A stretch of DNA of 41,524 bases from the NCBI GenBank assembly GCA_030141605.1, contig JAQGDQ010001432.1:1-41524 (forward strand), read 5' to 3'. Below the pieces are notes generated by a model. The model saw only the letters and a list, made by a program, of their open reading frames with translations, ran no database searches and had not been told where the DNA came from. The first letter of the stretch is position 1. Every line of letters begins with the position of its first letter. This stretch comes from Tubiluchus corallicola. Its lineage: Eukaryota > Animalia > Priapulida. The position numbers and the translations under genes are program-made. Below are positions 12,860 to 23,722 of this stretch, piece after piece.

Positions 12860-13266
12860 GCACCGCACAATAATAACAGATATAATTTATAATAACAGAT
12901 AATAAATTAATTTATCAAAATTGTCTAGTGCTACATTATACTATACATAATTCTCGATTTCATGCAACATGCAACTTCTATAAAGGGTACAAAACTTTTT
13001 GCACAAAAGAAAATTTTCTTTCTAAAGTTTTTTCTTCTACATTAGATGTAAGAAGTAATGCTAGCGATGAACAAATACGGACTGTAAATTTCATTAAAGA
13101 AGTTATACGGGCTCTAGAGCGTAATTGTTTTGATTTTTTGACAGGAATGAAATGTACGCCATACTAGCATATCTTACTCTCACTTACTAATCTTGTTAAT
13201 GTTATTTTGCTTGTTGATCTGTTTGTTTATTTGATGTGATTGTACCACGAGTACGAATATATATAT

Positions 13267-13591
13267 TGTAACCAATCCGGGGTTCGTGCGCCGATCCGTC
13301 TCAGGATGTATAGAGCAGCATACAAGTTATGAAATACTTTACAGCAGACGAGAAAAGTAAAAAGAATACGAATGTAAAATAAACTCTAATGCACAACCAG
13401 TAGCTCCATGACATGTGAACAGACTCTGGTATAAAAATCAGCAAACCTACAGCATTCACCCTTACAGACAGGTTGGAATGGTCAAATTACGGCATGCATT
13501 CTGTTTTATACAGATACATTTGCATTACGGGGCTTCTCGACTATACCCATTACTAACATTAGGGGGTTGGTCAAAATCTGCCTTTGTAACA
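13267..13591 (-). mobile_element. Putative solo LTR (Gypsy-like)
   Basis: TGTAACCAA...TTGTAACA termini, flanks ATAT/CTAT (3/4), minus-strand TATAAAA near 13504-13510. Confidence 0.5.
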
Positions 13592-13601
13592 CTATATATA
13601 T

Positions 13602-13645
<44 letters not shown>

Positions 13646-14120
13646 GTTTTGCTTGCTATTTTAGATAGGATTACAAATATTGAAGATAGATTTATAAGGC
13701 GTATCATTCTGTTTTTGATTACCTTACTGATAGTATTAACACGTAATTAAACTAATGTGCATTAATAATAGGATTATGGCTTCATATGCGTGGGAGACAA
13801 ATGAGCTTATGGCAAGAAAATGTGAGAAAATTATCATTGGATTATAGCTTATAATAATAAAAGCAGCTTGTCAATGGGTTCACTGTACGATTAATCTCTA
13901 TGTTGAATACATCTCGCGTAACAAATAGGCTTAATGTCTTTAAGCAATCAAGTTACTTGAATAAAAAGGTAATTCACTTTCTAGTTCATTTAACTTTCCC
14001 TTCTAACGAAAGAGAAATATCTAATTAAGAGAGACGTGCAGCCTTGTAAATTCTGTGACTTGGTAAACGCACGAGTAATTACTTCATATGTTTCCTATTT
14101 CTCTCAGTACGTGCTAAGTC

Positions 14121-14580
14121 TACGGACGCGAGTTCGAGGCTCGGCTTGCACCATTAGTAAAATATTGTTGGTTTTAAAATAGACTGTTGAGATAGCTACG
14201 TTTACTTAAGTTATAAATAACTAAATATGACTTAAATATAACGCTTCGACTATTTGGCTGGCCGTCTCTGCTCTTCCAGTGTCTCATCTCAGAGGAGTAT
14301 CTATGATAGTGAACTAGATTCTGGTCTCGCCACAGCTACCTAGTAGAATCTCGAACTGTTCAGTTAAAGTACAGGAAAACACTCATCGTGAATAAAGCTT
14401 AAAAATTCGTTTTGAAATTTTATATCACCAACATACTCTCTTGTTGCATACAGGGCTTGCATTAGCAGTAACTCTGTATAAAACATGTAAATTTAAACAG
14501 CCTCGATGACCGTTAGGCGCAGCCATTTTGAAATAAGTTTAGATAACATTGTGTAAAGTTACGAAAAGTTACTGTGGAAG
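14121..14580 (+). repeat. Local dispersed repeat, copy 1 (homology resumes at about 15060-15300)
   Basis: Near-identical to 18480-18845; more diverged homologues at 19200-19400 and 22610-23140. Confidence 0.85.
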
Positions 14581-15095
14581 TTGGAATTGTACATTTTAAT
14601 TGGGTGCTGCCATCTATGGGCTAATTCCGTTACATTCTACTAGCTGACTTACCCTCAGTATAATTGTATGGTCCAGTGAATACATACACACTGGTCCTCT
14701 CCCTATTTTAAAGTAATGGTTGTTGTAAAGTCTGTGCATATCTGCATAGGTCAAGTCCTATACCTGTATGTACTGGCTGTTTTTGCTTTCTAGTCGGACT
14801 CTCATTCTCAGTGTTCAGTGCAGCAGTCGTGCTACTCATGTTTCTGTAGTGTTACACTTTTCTGTTGTGTGCAGTGCAAATATGTATTATGGATGTATAT
14901 GTATATATTAAAGATTATATGTATTCTTATTCCTATTCATATTTCTGTGCCTAAACTCAATCATAACAAAGTGAGTGAACATCAACTTCAAAATGACTTT
15001 TACAAAGACTAATCAGAGCATTCGTTGCACATTCTTGGCTAACTAAGCAAAAGTTGATGATTTCATATTGTCAGTAAGATGAATAATGTATTTTT

Positions 15096-15175
15096 GGTGA
15101 GTCAGTGGTGCACACTGGGATGGTGAATCAGTGGTGCACACTGGGATGGTGAGTCAGTGGTGCACACTGGGATGG
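15096..15175. repeat. 26-bp tandem repeat x3 (GGTGAGTCAGTGGTGCACACTGGGAT)
   Basis: Directly visible. Confidence 0.9.
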
Positions 15176-15357
15176 TAATACGATGACGTTTTGCCAGGTG
15201 AGGCAAGCATCTTATTTTTATGTTAAGAATTTGCTTTTTTAATTACATAAACTTTCCAGCAGGTAAGCGTTTTGGGGTGCACTTTAAAATTCCCTTTTCT
15301 CCTTCTTTAAATCATTGAAAATCCTTAAGATTTAACTCTATATGATGAATCTTACAG

Positions 15358-15426
15358 GTTGTTGATTTGCTGAATGATCTCTATACTTGCTTCGATGGAA
15401 TTATTGATCACTTCGATGTCTACAAG
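15358..15426 (+). CDS. Receptor guanylyl cyclase exon G
   Basis: tacag|[23 protein letters not shown]|gtaat; 69 nt. Confidence 0.97.
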
Positions 15427-15442
15427 GTAATTATAACTTGAC

Positions 15443-15830
15443 AAAATGCAAAAACAGTTTGACACATGCAGGGTGGTGGTACAAATGCAAGAAAAAGTTT
15501 GACACATGCAGGGTGGTGGTACGAAATGCAAGAAAAAGTTTGACACATGCAGGGTGGTGGTACGAAATGCAAGAAAAAGTTTGACACATGCAGGGTGGTG
15601 GTACGAAATGCAAGAAAAAGTTTGACACATGCAGGGTGGTGGCACAAAATGCAAGAAAAAGTTTGACACATGCAGGGTGGTGGTACAAAATGCAAAAAAA
15701 GTTTGACACATGCAGGGTGGTGGTACAAATGCAAGAAAAAGTTTGACACATGCAGGGTGGTGGTACAAATGCAAGAAAAATTTGACACATGCAGGCTGGC
15801 ACCAAATGCAAAAAAGTTTGACACATACAG
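15443..15830. repeat. 40-41-bp minisatellite, about 10 copies (AAATGCAAGAAAAAGTTTGACACATGCAGGGTGGTGGTACG)
   Basis: Directly visible; starts about 16 nt after the exon G donor. Confidence 0.95.
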
Positions 15831-16619
15831 GATTTTACAAAATCGTTTTCTAGGGGGCGCTGGTTGAGAAACAACGAGCAAAGCGTCGACATAGTTACAC
15901 TCAAAATTGCTAACCTCTGTGTCTAACAAACAACATGCAACATCTAACATTTAGCAGACAACTTTACACTAACAGACAACGTCAAGTACATTTCACAGTG
16001 AGGACACGCAGCAAAATTCCTCGTGCAGGAATTCTGCCGACAGCGAGAAGCTATGCGTCCTCCTCGTGAGGAATTTTGCTACATGGTAGAAACATTGCAC
16101 GTTCCATTTTCGCGAGGAATCCTCGCGGAATTCAATCTTAAGTTTACTTCTTTCTTATTTAACGAACAACAATTAACATATTCCAGCGTAAAATTCTAAG
16201 ATTTAATCTCTCTTTATGCAATATCGATGGCTAGATTCGTGAAAGAGTAAAATAACGAACGCATATACTATTTCATACATGTATATTTTCAGGTTTTGAA
16301 GTGGTTATAGTAGAAATTCACTATAAAAACAAACAGGTCTGACATTACATTGACTATCATTATTAATTGTACTTTGTATATGAGAAATACGACAAGTATA
16401 ACTTCATTTAGACATGATTATACAGTATAAAACTTGCAAAGTAACTGCAGCTAACTGAACGCGTGGAAAAAAACTGCGAAGTTTCACTGTGAAATGAATT
16501 TCCTGCTGGTTGTGATTTCGGGAAAAATCGGAAATTTTCAGAATTTTTTTTGTTGTTGTTTTTCTGACTACAATTCTATGCGTCATTTTTCCTTGCTTCT
16601 TCAGTGTGAAACGGACCTT

Positions 16620-17070
16620 GGTGCTAATGTCCTCTGTTTGATTCAGATCTGTGAGCTTGCGGTTTGGGCAGTCAAACCCCAGAACATTTAATTTTTCATT
16701 GTCCGTTACCATTGGTTAGACAAGATATAAGAGTGAATCTCGAACGCAGCTTAGAAAATAATGACATTCGAAACATTTACAGAAAGAGAGACACTAATGT
16801 AATTAAAATGTATATAGATATGGTAAAAGAACTAACCCAAAATGATCTTATAGTGAATTGATTATACATTGATTATAAATATTGAATATATATTTAGAAT
16901 AAGTAAATCGTAATGCAAAATTGTCAGCTTGCTTAGTAAGAAATTTATTTAATGTACAGAGTGTAAAGACTTATTTAACATTTTTGTACTTTTGTGCCCT
17001 GCAAATAGTGGGCTTATTGTATAATTTTCAATAAAGATTTTTAATAATTAATAATAATAATAATAATAAT
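16620..17070 (+). mobile_element. Non-LTR retrotransposon 3' end
   Basis: ..ACGLGSQTPEHLIFHCPL zinc-knuckle-like remnant, 3'UTR, AATAAA and (TAA)n tail. Confidence 0.6.
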
Positions 17071-17150
17071 CAGTGACAGTAAATAAGGGCCGTCTTTGTC
17101 TTCCTGTGCTGGACGAATGTTAGACCTAATGTTCAGTGTGATTACTTTAG

Positions 17151-17325
17151 GTAGAAACAATTGGCGATGCATACATGGTAGTGAGTGGGTTACCAATCAG
17201 AAATGGTACTAACCATGCTAGAGAGATTGCACGCATGAGTTTAGCATTACTCAATGCCATACGTAAGTTTAGAATCCGACACCGTCCTGGGGAACAGATC
17301 AAACTACGAGTCGGACTCCATTCCG
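17151..17325 (+). CDS. Receptor guanylyl cyclase exon H
   Basis: tttag|[58 protein letters not shown]|gtagg; 175 nt; GTP-selecting Glu in KVETIGD. Confidence 0.98.
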
Positions 17326-17399
17326 GTAGGAACAACTTGAATTATTTTAAGTCATTTTTGCAAGTTAAACCCAAATTTCGACAATATTCAACAAAACCA

Positions 17400-17730
17400 G
17401 AAGTAACCATTTGCTCAAACTCCTTGTTAGACGTACTAAGAAAAAAAGCTTTTGGTGAGTTTTTCTGGAACAAGGTTGTCCCTGTCTGGAATAGCCTACC
17501 CGCATAGATCAACGGATTTCCACTTGTAACAGCGCAGACTACAAAACTTGTTAAAACTAGATCAATTGATGTGGACTTAAATAAATTTTTGCTTTTTGAT
17601 AGGCGCTTATAATCAGGTTATTTAGCCTCTGATCTTCTCTCCCACATCACTGATTTCATGATTTTTTTATCTAAACATTTTTTTAACTTTTGTTCATGTG
17701 TGATGTGAAATAAATTTAATTAAATTAAAT
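17400..17730 (+). mobile_element. CR1-group LINE 3' end
   Basis: [14 protein letters not shown] resembles the CR1 ORF2 C-terminal FFxxRVVxxWNxLP motif; AATAAA plus TTAAA-type tail near 17708-17729. Confidence 0.6.
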
Positions 17731-17847
17731 GCGCCTGGGCATTGATGCTTTAAAACCATGAAAATGATAATGTGAATTTTTTTTAATTCACGACTGAAGA
17801 TTCACTGACTTACCAACCAAGTGTTTAACCCAATGACTGCCAATGAC

Positions 17848-17852
17848 TATCT

Positions 17853-17883
<31 letters not shown>

Positions 17884-18221
17884 CGTCCGTCCGTCCGTCC
17901 GTCCGTCCATCCATCCATCCATCCATCTATCTGCCTATCTGCCTATCTATCTGTCTGTCTATCTATCCATCTGCCTATCTGCCCATCTATCTGTCTATCT
18001 ACCCATCTATCCATCTACCTATCTGCCTATCTATCTGTCTATCTATCTGTCTATCTGCCCATCTATCTGCCTATCTACCTATCTGTCTGTCTATCTGCCC
18101 GTCTATCTGCCTATCTATCTCTCTATCTGTCTGTCTGTCTATCTATCTATCTGCCTATCTATCTGTCTGTCTACCCATGTATCCATCTATCTACCTACCT
18201 ATCTCCCTCCCTACCTGCCTG
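17848..18221. repeat. Compound tetranucleotide microsatellite (CTGT/CCGT/CCAT/CTAT)
   Basis: Directly visible. Confidence 0.95.
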
Positions 18222-18479
18222 CTATTTATACCTGTTTTATGATTGTTCTTACGGGGCGGTTGCACAAATTTGGAGAGGAAACCAAACATACAACTGCAAG
18301 TTACGTCAAACAATCCCATTTTTCCAGTTTTTTTTTTCTGTTGGTAATGTAAATCCTTACACAGCTTTCCTCGTACACACTGCACCCGTGTAACTCCTCA
18401 ACACATTAAATTTACACATTTATTAAAGCGATTCTAAAAACAAAAGCCCAACTTGGTAGTCGCTAAGCTATGTAAATAA

Positions 18480-18845
18480 ACGGACGCGAGTTCGAGGCTC
18501 GGCTTGCACCATTAGTAAGATATTGTTCGTTTTAAAATAGACTGCTGACATGGCTACGTTTACTTAAGTTATAAATAAATAAATATGACTTAAATATAAC
18601 GCTTCAACTATTTGGCTGGCTGTCTCTGCTTTTCCAGTGTCTCATCTCAGAGGAGTATCTTTGATAGTGAGATAGATTCTGGTCTCGCCACAGCTACCTA
18701 GTAGAATCTCGAACTGTTCACTTAAAGTACAAGAAAACACTCATCGTGAATAAAGCTTAAAAATTCGTCTTGAAATTTTATATCTCCAACGTACTCTCTT
18801 GTTGCATACAGGGCTTGCATTAGCAGTAACTCTGTATAAAACTGT
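18480..18845 (+). repeat. Local dispersed repeat, copy 2
   Basis: Near-identical to 14121-14480, starting ACGGACGCGAGTTCGAGGCTCGGCTTGCACC. Confidence 0.9.
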
Positions 18846-18959
18846 ATAAAGTTTTTAGTATGAACGTGCCAATTTTTAGTTGCTCTCAATATTGTATGTT
18901 CTCACGAGTATTACTTTGAATTATTACGATTTTGATTTGCGAATATTCGTTATCATTAG

Positions 18960-19058
18960 GATCCTGTGTGGCTGGAGTTGTTGGCTTAAAAATGCCTCGC
19001 TATTGCTTATTTGGAGATACGGTAAATACGGCTTCAAGAATGGAAACAAACGGGGAAG
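18960..19058 (+). CDS. Receptor guanylyl cyclase exon I
   Basis: attag|(G)[32 protein letters not shown]|gtatc; 99 nt; GC-specific Cys and catalytic N/R residues. Confidence 0.98.
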
Positions 19059-19576
19059 GTATCTAAACATGTTTGTGTTTCTAGCTAAACTTACAACTTA
19101 TAAAATATTATAAATTATTATACATATATATATTATATAGCCTCAATAAGACTTGGATTTGCTCGAGTTTCTTAATGTTGTATCAATGATGCATTAATGG
19201 CTAAGTTTAAGGCGCAAGAAACCCTCCACTTACATAAAGCTTAAAAAATTCGTCTTTCATGCTACTCATATACTGCCTTTTCGTATGCAGGGCTTGCGTC
19301 GGCAGTAATGCATACAGCGTTTAAAGTTTGAAAAAATAATTAGAGCATTCGTAGCATACATGTTGCTAATTAAGTAAAATTTTAAATATTTTATTGTTAT
19401 AAATTACAAACTGAACATTATGTTTTTCTTTGTACAGTTGATCACATCCCAGAAGGCCTTTCGCGCCAGTTCTTATTGTGAATCAAAGCAAAGTTCTAGA
19501 ACAAAGTCAAAATAGTTCTCTAATATTGTTCTTAAAAAAAGTTTTGGAATAAAATCAATACTTTTTGTTACAATCA

Positions 19577-20035
19577 CTTAAAAACATTTATAGTTAAAAC
19601 AGCACAACTTTATGTAAACTTTTTAACGTACATAGTTAAAAAATCATGTTAAACGTTTCGACAGAGCTAAAGCTGTCATCATCAGTGGTAATTTTTTACA
19701 AACATACAATCAGTTTAAATAGGTAGCGCCTACAGTAGAGAACATTATGTACTAATTATGTATTTAACAGAAGCCAAATAGGAAATGAATAAACAGACCA
19801 GTAGAAAAGAAATTGATACAGTAACAGATAGCTAAGTATGTGAGAATAAAGTTTAAGGAAATTGAACTAGTTTACACATTAAGAGAAGGCTTATTAGGGT
19901 ACATAAATAAACTTTCTTTTATAAATAAGTCCCAGTTATTTGTAGCTCTGGTCACAGTGCTGAAATTACTAAAATCAACTTTGTGGCCAGAGTCACAAAT
20001 ATGGTCATTTGTGCTGGATTGAGGAGAATTTTTAA
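19577..20035 (-). mobile_element. Penelope-like retroelement 3' fragment (copy B)
   Basis: Minus-strand translation SSTNDHICDSGHKVDFSNFSTVTRATNNWDLFIKESLFMYPNKPSLNV*TSSISLNF, typical of a PLE endonuclease C-terminus, followed by a hammerhead-containing terminal repeat. Confidence 0.82.
19649..19688 (-). ncRNA. Minimal type I hammerhead ribozyme motif (PLE-associated)
   Basis: CUGAUGA-U-GACAG[cuuuagcu]CUGUC-GAAAC-GUU: intact core boxes, 5-bp stem II, palindromic stem III; stem I very short. Confidence 0.6.
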
Positions 20036-20061
20036 TTTCTTAAAGGTTTATTTTCTTAAAT

Positions 20062-20185
20062 AGTTGTTTGTTTACAAAAATTTGCCACTGACGCTGACAG
20101 CAGTAGCTCTGTCGAAACGGTTGACATGATTTTTAACTATGTAACTTAAAAGTTTTAATAAAGTTGTGCTGTTTTAACTAGAAAT
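20062..20185 (+). mobile_element. Inverted copy of the Penelope-like terminal repeat (pLTR)
   Basis: Reverse complement of about 19586-19705, including a mutated hammerhead (CTGACGC..GAAACGG) and AATAAA. Confidence 0.78.
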
Positions 20186-20574
20186 AGTTTCGTTTTGGCC
20201 TTTAAAATTTGCACAAAAACACGCTAACTATAGTCCACTATTATGTATATTTTATGTTATATATGACATATTATAATTATATATGTATATTATATATTAA
20301 ATATTGATATATATATATTATATTTTATACATTATATATTATACATTATATATTACACATTATATATTATATAATATTACAGAGACTAGTGTGCAATGTA
20401 GCACTGGTGACATTTTATTGGGCATTTTTAATATACTGAAGAGTAAAACTACATATTTCTGTCACTTTCTAGTGTGTATAACAAACACAGGCTGTAGTTA
20501 TTTGACAGTAATCTTAGCGAAGCGAAAGCTGCTTTCTAATGCCTGTCGTTGTTTATTTAATTCAATTTTTTTAG

Positions 20575-20666
20575 CTCTAAAAATTCATATGAGTCAGGCT
20601 ACACAAGAGATTCTTAAATCATTCGGTACCTTTGAACTGGAACTGCGTGGTGAAATAGAACTGAAG
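20575..20666 (+). CDS. Receptor guanylyl cyclase exon J
   Basis: tttag|(A)LKIHMSQATQEILKSFGTFELELRGEIELK|gtaag; 92 nt. Confidence 0.97.
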
Positions 20667-20908
20667 GTAAGATAACTTTATCATTTTTCGTCTGTTTGTT
20701 TGTTTGTATGTTTGTGTGTCTGTATGTATGTTTGTTCGTTTGTTTAATTCGTTCGCATCTTCATTTTTCCATTTATTCAGTTCGCTGACCTGGCTAATTG
20801 ACTGATTAAGTGACTGATCGATTGTTTAGCAACTAGACTGAGTGACTGGTTTTCTTGCTGGTTGACTGGCTATATGGCTGAATGGCTGTTTGTTATAATA
20901 ATATGATA

Positions 20909-21019
20909 TAATAACATTCTTTATTGCAATTAATGTATACAAACTGTACTGTACAAAATACAAAAGTACAATTATACAGAGCAGTTTGAGTACATTGATT
21001 GCAATAAAGAATGTTATTA
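20909..21019. repeat. Inverted repeat/hairpin with arms of about 38 bp
   Basis: TAATAACATTCTTTATTGCAATTAATGTATACAAACTG ... CAGTTTGAGTACATTGATTGCAATAAAGAATGTTATTA (3 mismatches). Confidence 0.9.
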
Positions 21020-21380
21020 CATAATATTATGTATACATTATGCAAAAACTAAGTTTTGTCCAAGTCAGTTCTGGCAGTCCTTTAATAGTAGAAACTTATG
21101 CAAGCTTAAGCTGCTACTGTTTTACATTTTCTATCAAACTATCAATCTATTGTGTTCAAACTGTATGCATCAGAATTATTCCGTATTGTAATTTGCAGGT
21201 GTATATACTAGCTACTATTACTAAAGACTCTCTATTTGTATTATCTGGACTATATTGTATTTGTATTTATATTTACTTTACTGGATAATTGTCTGTATTT
21301 TAGTGATTATTGTAAGATTCAGTGTGAAAATGAATAAACTCTTGAAATCAAAATTAATAATGGCCTCGGGGTTTTTTCAG

Positions 21381-21431
21381 GGTAAAGGCGTTCGCACGAC
21401 CTACTGGTTGACTGGTGAACGTACACCCTAG
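21381..21431 (+). CDS. Receptor guanylyl cyclase last coding exon K
   Basis: ttcag|GKGVRTTYWLTGERTP* (TAG at 21429-21431). Confidence 0.96.
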   Translation, partial: GKGVRTTYWLTGERTP

Positions 21432-21791
21432 ACTAGTCTGCATCAGATGGTGACTTCTTGTTGCCATGGCAACGACACATTTGAAATTTGAAATAATATA
21501 AAGGCATTTCAGTTCAGAAAAATCACTGGTTGTTTGACCAACGAGAGAGTTTAGTTGTACAACAGCTTTCAACGTCGAGGCATCCTACAGTAGACACGTT
21601 TTTGTTTAAAAACTTTGTTAAAATGTCACTGTGGCTGAATATTTTCTGTAGCAAATTTTCCTCTGGCGGACTGTAAAGCACGTTTTTCGAAAAACAACCG
21701 TTTTGAAATGATCGTGTCTCTTTGAAAAGCACAAAATAGTCCCTATATGTTAGTGCCCAGTTACAGCAAATGTTAGGTGTTAGTTTCACGT

Positions 21792-21797
21792 AATAAA
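21792..21797 (+). terminator. Candidate poly(A) signal of the cyclase gene
   Basis: First AATAAA noted after the stop, followed by GT-rich sequence. Confidence 0.4.
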
Positions 21798-21894
21798 TGT
21801 GGTGTAGTGGTGTATCGTACTGTCGAAAATACAATATAAATTATTTTGTTGTGAAGAAAAACTTATTCGCGACAAAGAAATGTGATTTCGTTAA

Positions 21895-22352
21895 CCCTTT
21901 CACACCCGTTGTATCCCGTGGGATACGAGAATCTTTTCTGCCCTTAAAATTAATAAAATTTTAAAACTGACAGTCATTTGATCTGTTAATAGTTATTTTT
22001 ATTTAAGCCAATAACTATAGACTAAAAATAGTGATAAAATGGCAAACTGAAAATCTACCTAGCATAAAAAACTGCGCATGGTACAGTACTTTAGACACGA
22101 CTTTGTACAGATCAGCATTGCATACATACTAAATGTCTTAAATACTTTAAAAAATTATCAGCAGTTGCAAAATGAAGCACATTTTATGCTTCCATTGAAT
22201 CCCAATGTATCCCGTGGGATACAGGCTATATTTAGCACGCGGGCACAGGTAGAAAAAAATAATTATTATGTGTAAACAAGATGGACATACTGACCAAAAG
22301 TACCAAGCCAAAAATTTTTTTCTTATTAAAAAATAATTTGGGACTGAAAGGG
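21895..22352. mobile_element. piggyBac-like MITE (458 bp)
   Basis: TTAA|CCCTTTCACACCC ... GGGACTGAAAGGG|TTAA (TIR 11/13); internal GTATCCCGTGGGATAC occurs twice. Confidence 0.85.
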
Positions 22353-23722
22353 TTAAGATTTGTTACACTACTAATGTTAACTTTAATTCAAACTAATTAA
22401 GTATTCCTTGTTTGAGAAATTAAAATAATTGTAATGATTGTAAAATTTATAATCAAGTGCATTATCGCCAGTCTTATACCAATCAGTATTTATTTTATGA
22501 AATAATCGTAAAACCTTTTGTAAATAATTTACATTAAACGCAAAAATGCATATCTTATGTAAAATGTTTAATACACTCATGTTTCATGTTGATGTACTGC
22601 GAAGCAGACCAGCATTTAAGTTACGTTTAGTAACAACTGCAAGCACAATTTAGTGCTTAAAACACAAGAAAACCCTCCACTTACACAAAACTTGAAAAAT
22701 TCGTCTCGAAATTTTATACTACTTACCGTCTCTTTGCACGCAGGGCTTCCGTCGCCAGTAACGCTGTATAAACTTGTAAATTTAAACTCCCGCGATGACC
22801 GTTAGATGCAGCCATTTTAATTATAGGTCGTATGAAAGAAGTTTAGATAACATTGAGTAAAGTTTGAAAAAATATAATCAGAGGATTCGTAGCGCAGACG
22901 TCACTAACTGAGTAAAATTTTAAATTACTGTATCTTGTCAATAAGATTGAAAATACGTTTTTTGGGTTAGTGAGTGGCGCACCCTAGAGGGTGAGTCAGT
23001 GACATTTTATCAATTGGTGAAAACATTTTAAATTATTATTTCTAGTTACCTAAGTCTTTCCATCAGGTAAACGAAATACTAAGTAATATAGATTTGCATA
23101 GACGGTTTTTGGTACATAGCTTAACATTTCCATTTCTTCCCCTGATTTCCGTTTGCGTGTATGACGTCATGTAATGACGTCGTCGGAACAGTACTGCGGG
23201 AGATTTACAATGAAAACAAACAAAAAATCCTTTCAACGCGAGAACGATATACGCATTAAATTGCTGTAAAGTAATATAGTTTTTTTAAGGCAATTTTTCT
23301 GAAACCTACTTCAGGTTCCCCTTTTCTTCTCCTTTAACTCTTCGTTTATAAAAATTTAAAAAAATCTATATCGTATATCTTAATGCTGTTTTGTGACATA
23401 CCATTTTAGTCATTTTAATGTTCTCACTTCTCGTGTCGACTCCTTTAAACTCTTGTCTGAAAACTCTGGCATTTCAATGTAATTGAGTAATGTGGATGAG
23501 TCTATAGCTTAAGTGTATAGCATCAGAGAACCACTTTCAGCAAGAACGTGTGCCATGCGTCTGTATAGATTAGTTTATACAGTTTAGTTTTGTTAAGTTG
23601 CTTATGACTTGTTGCAAAAATTTGATGTTACTTACTAATCATCAAAACATAGGTTGTTATTGATAGGTAATTTGTGATACAATTATTAAATAGTAAAATT
23701 TGCGTTAAGGAACACACAATTG

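Noticed and set aside
21429-21490. Stop-codon readthrough (TAG ACTAG, frame open for about 19 more codons)
   Set aside because: Not the established UGA-CUAG context, and the protein already ends at the usual NPR-like position
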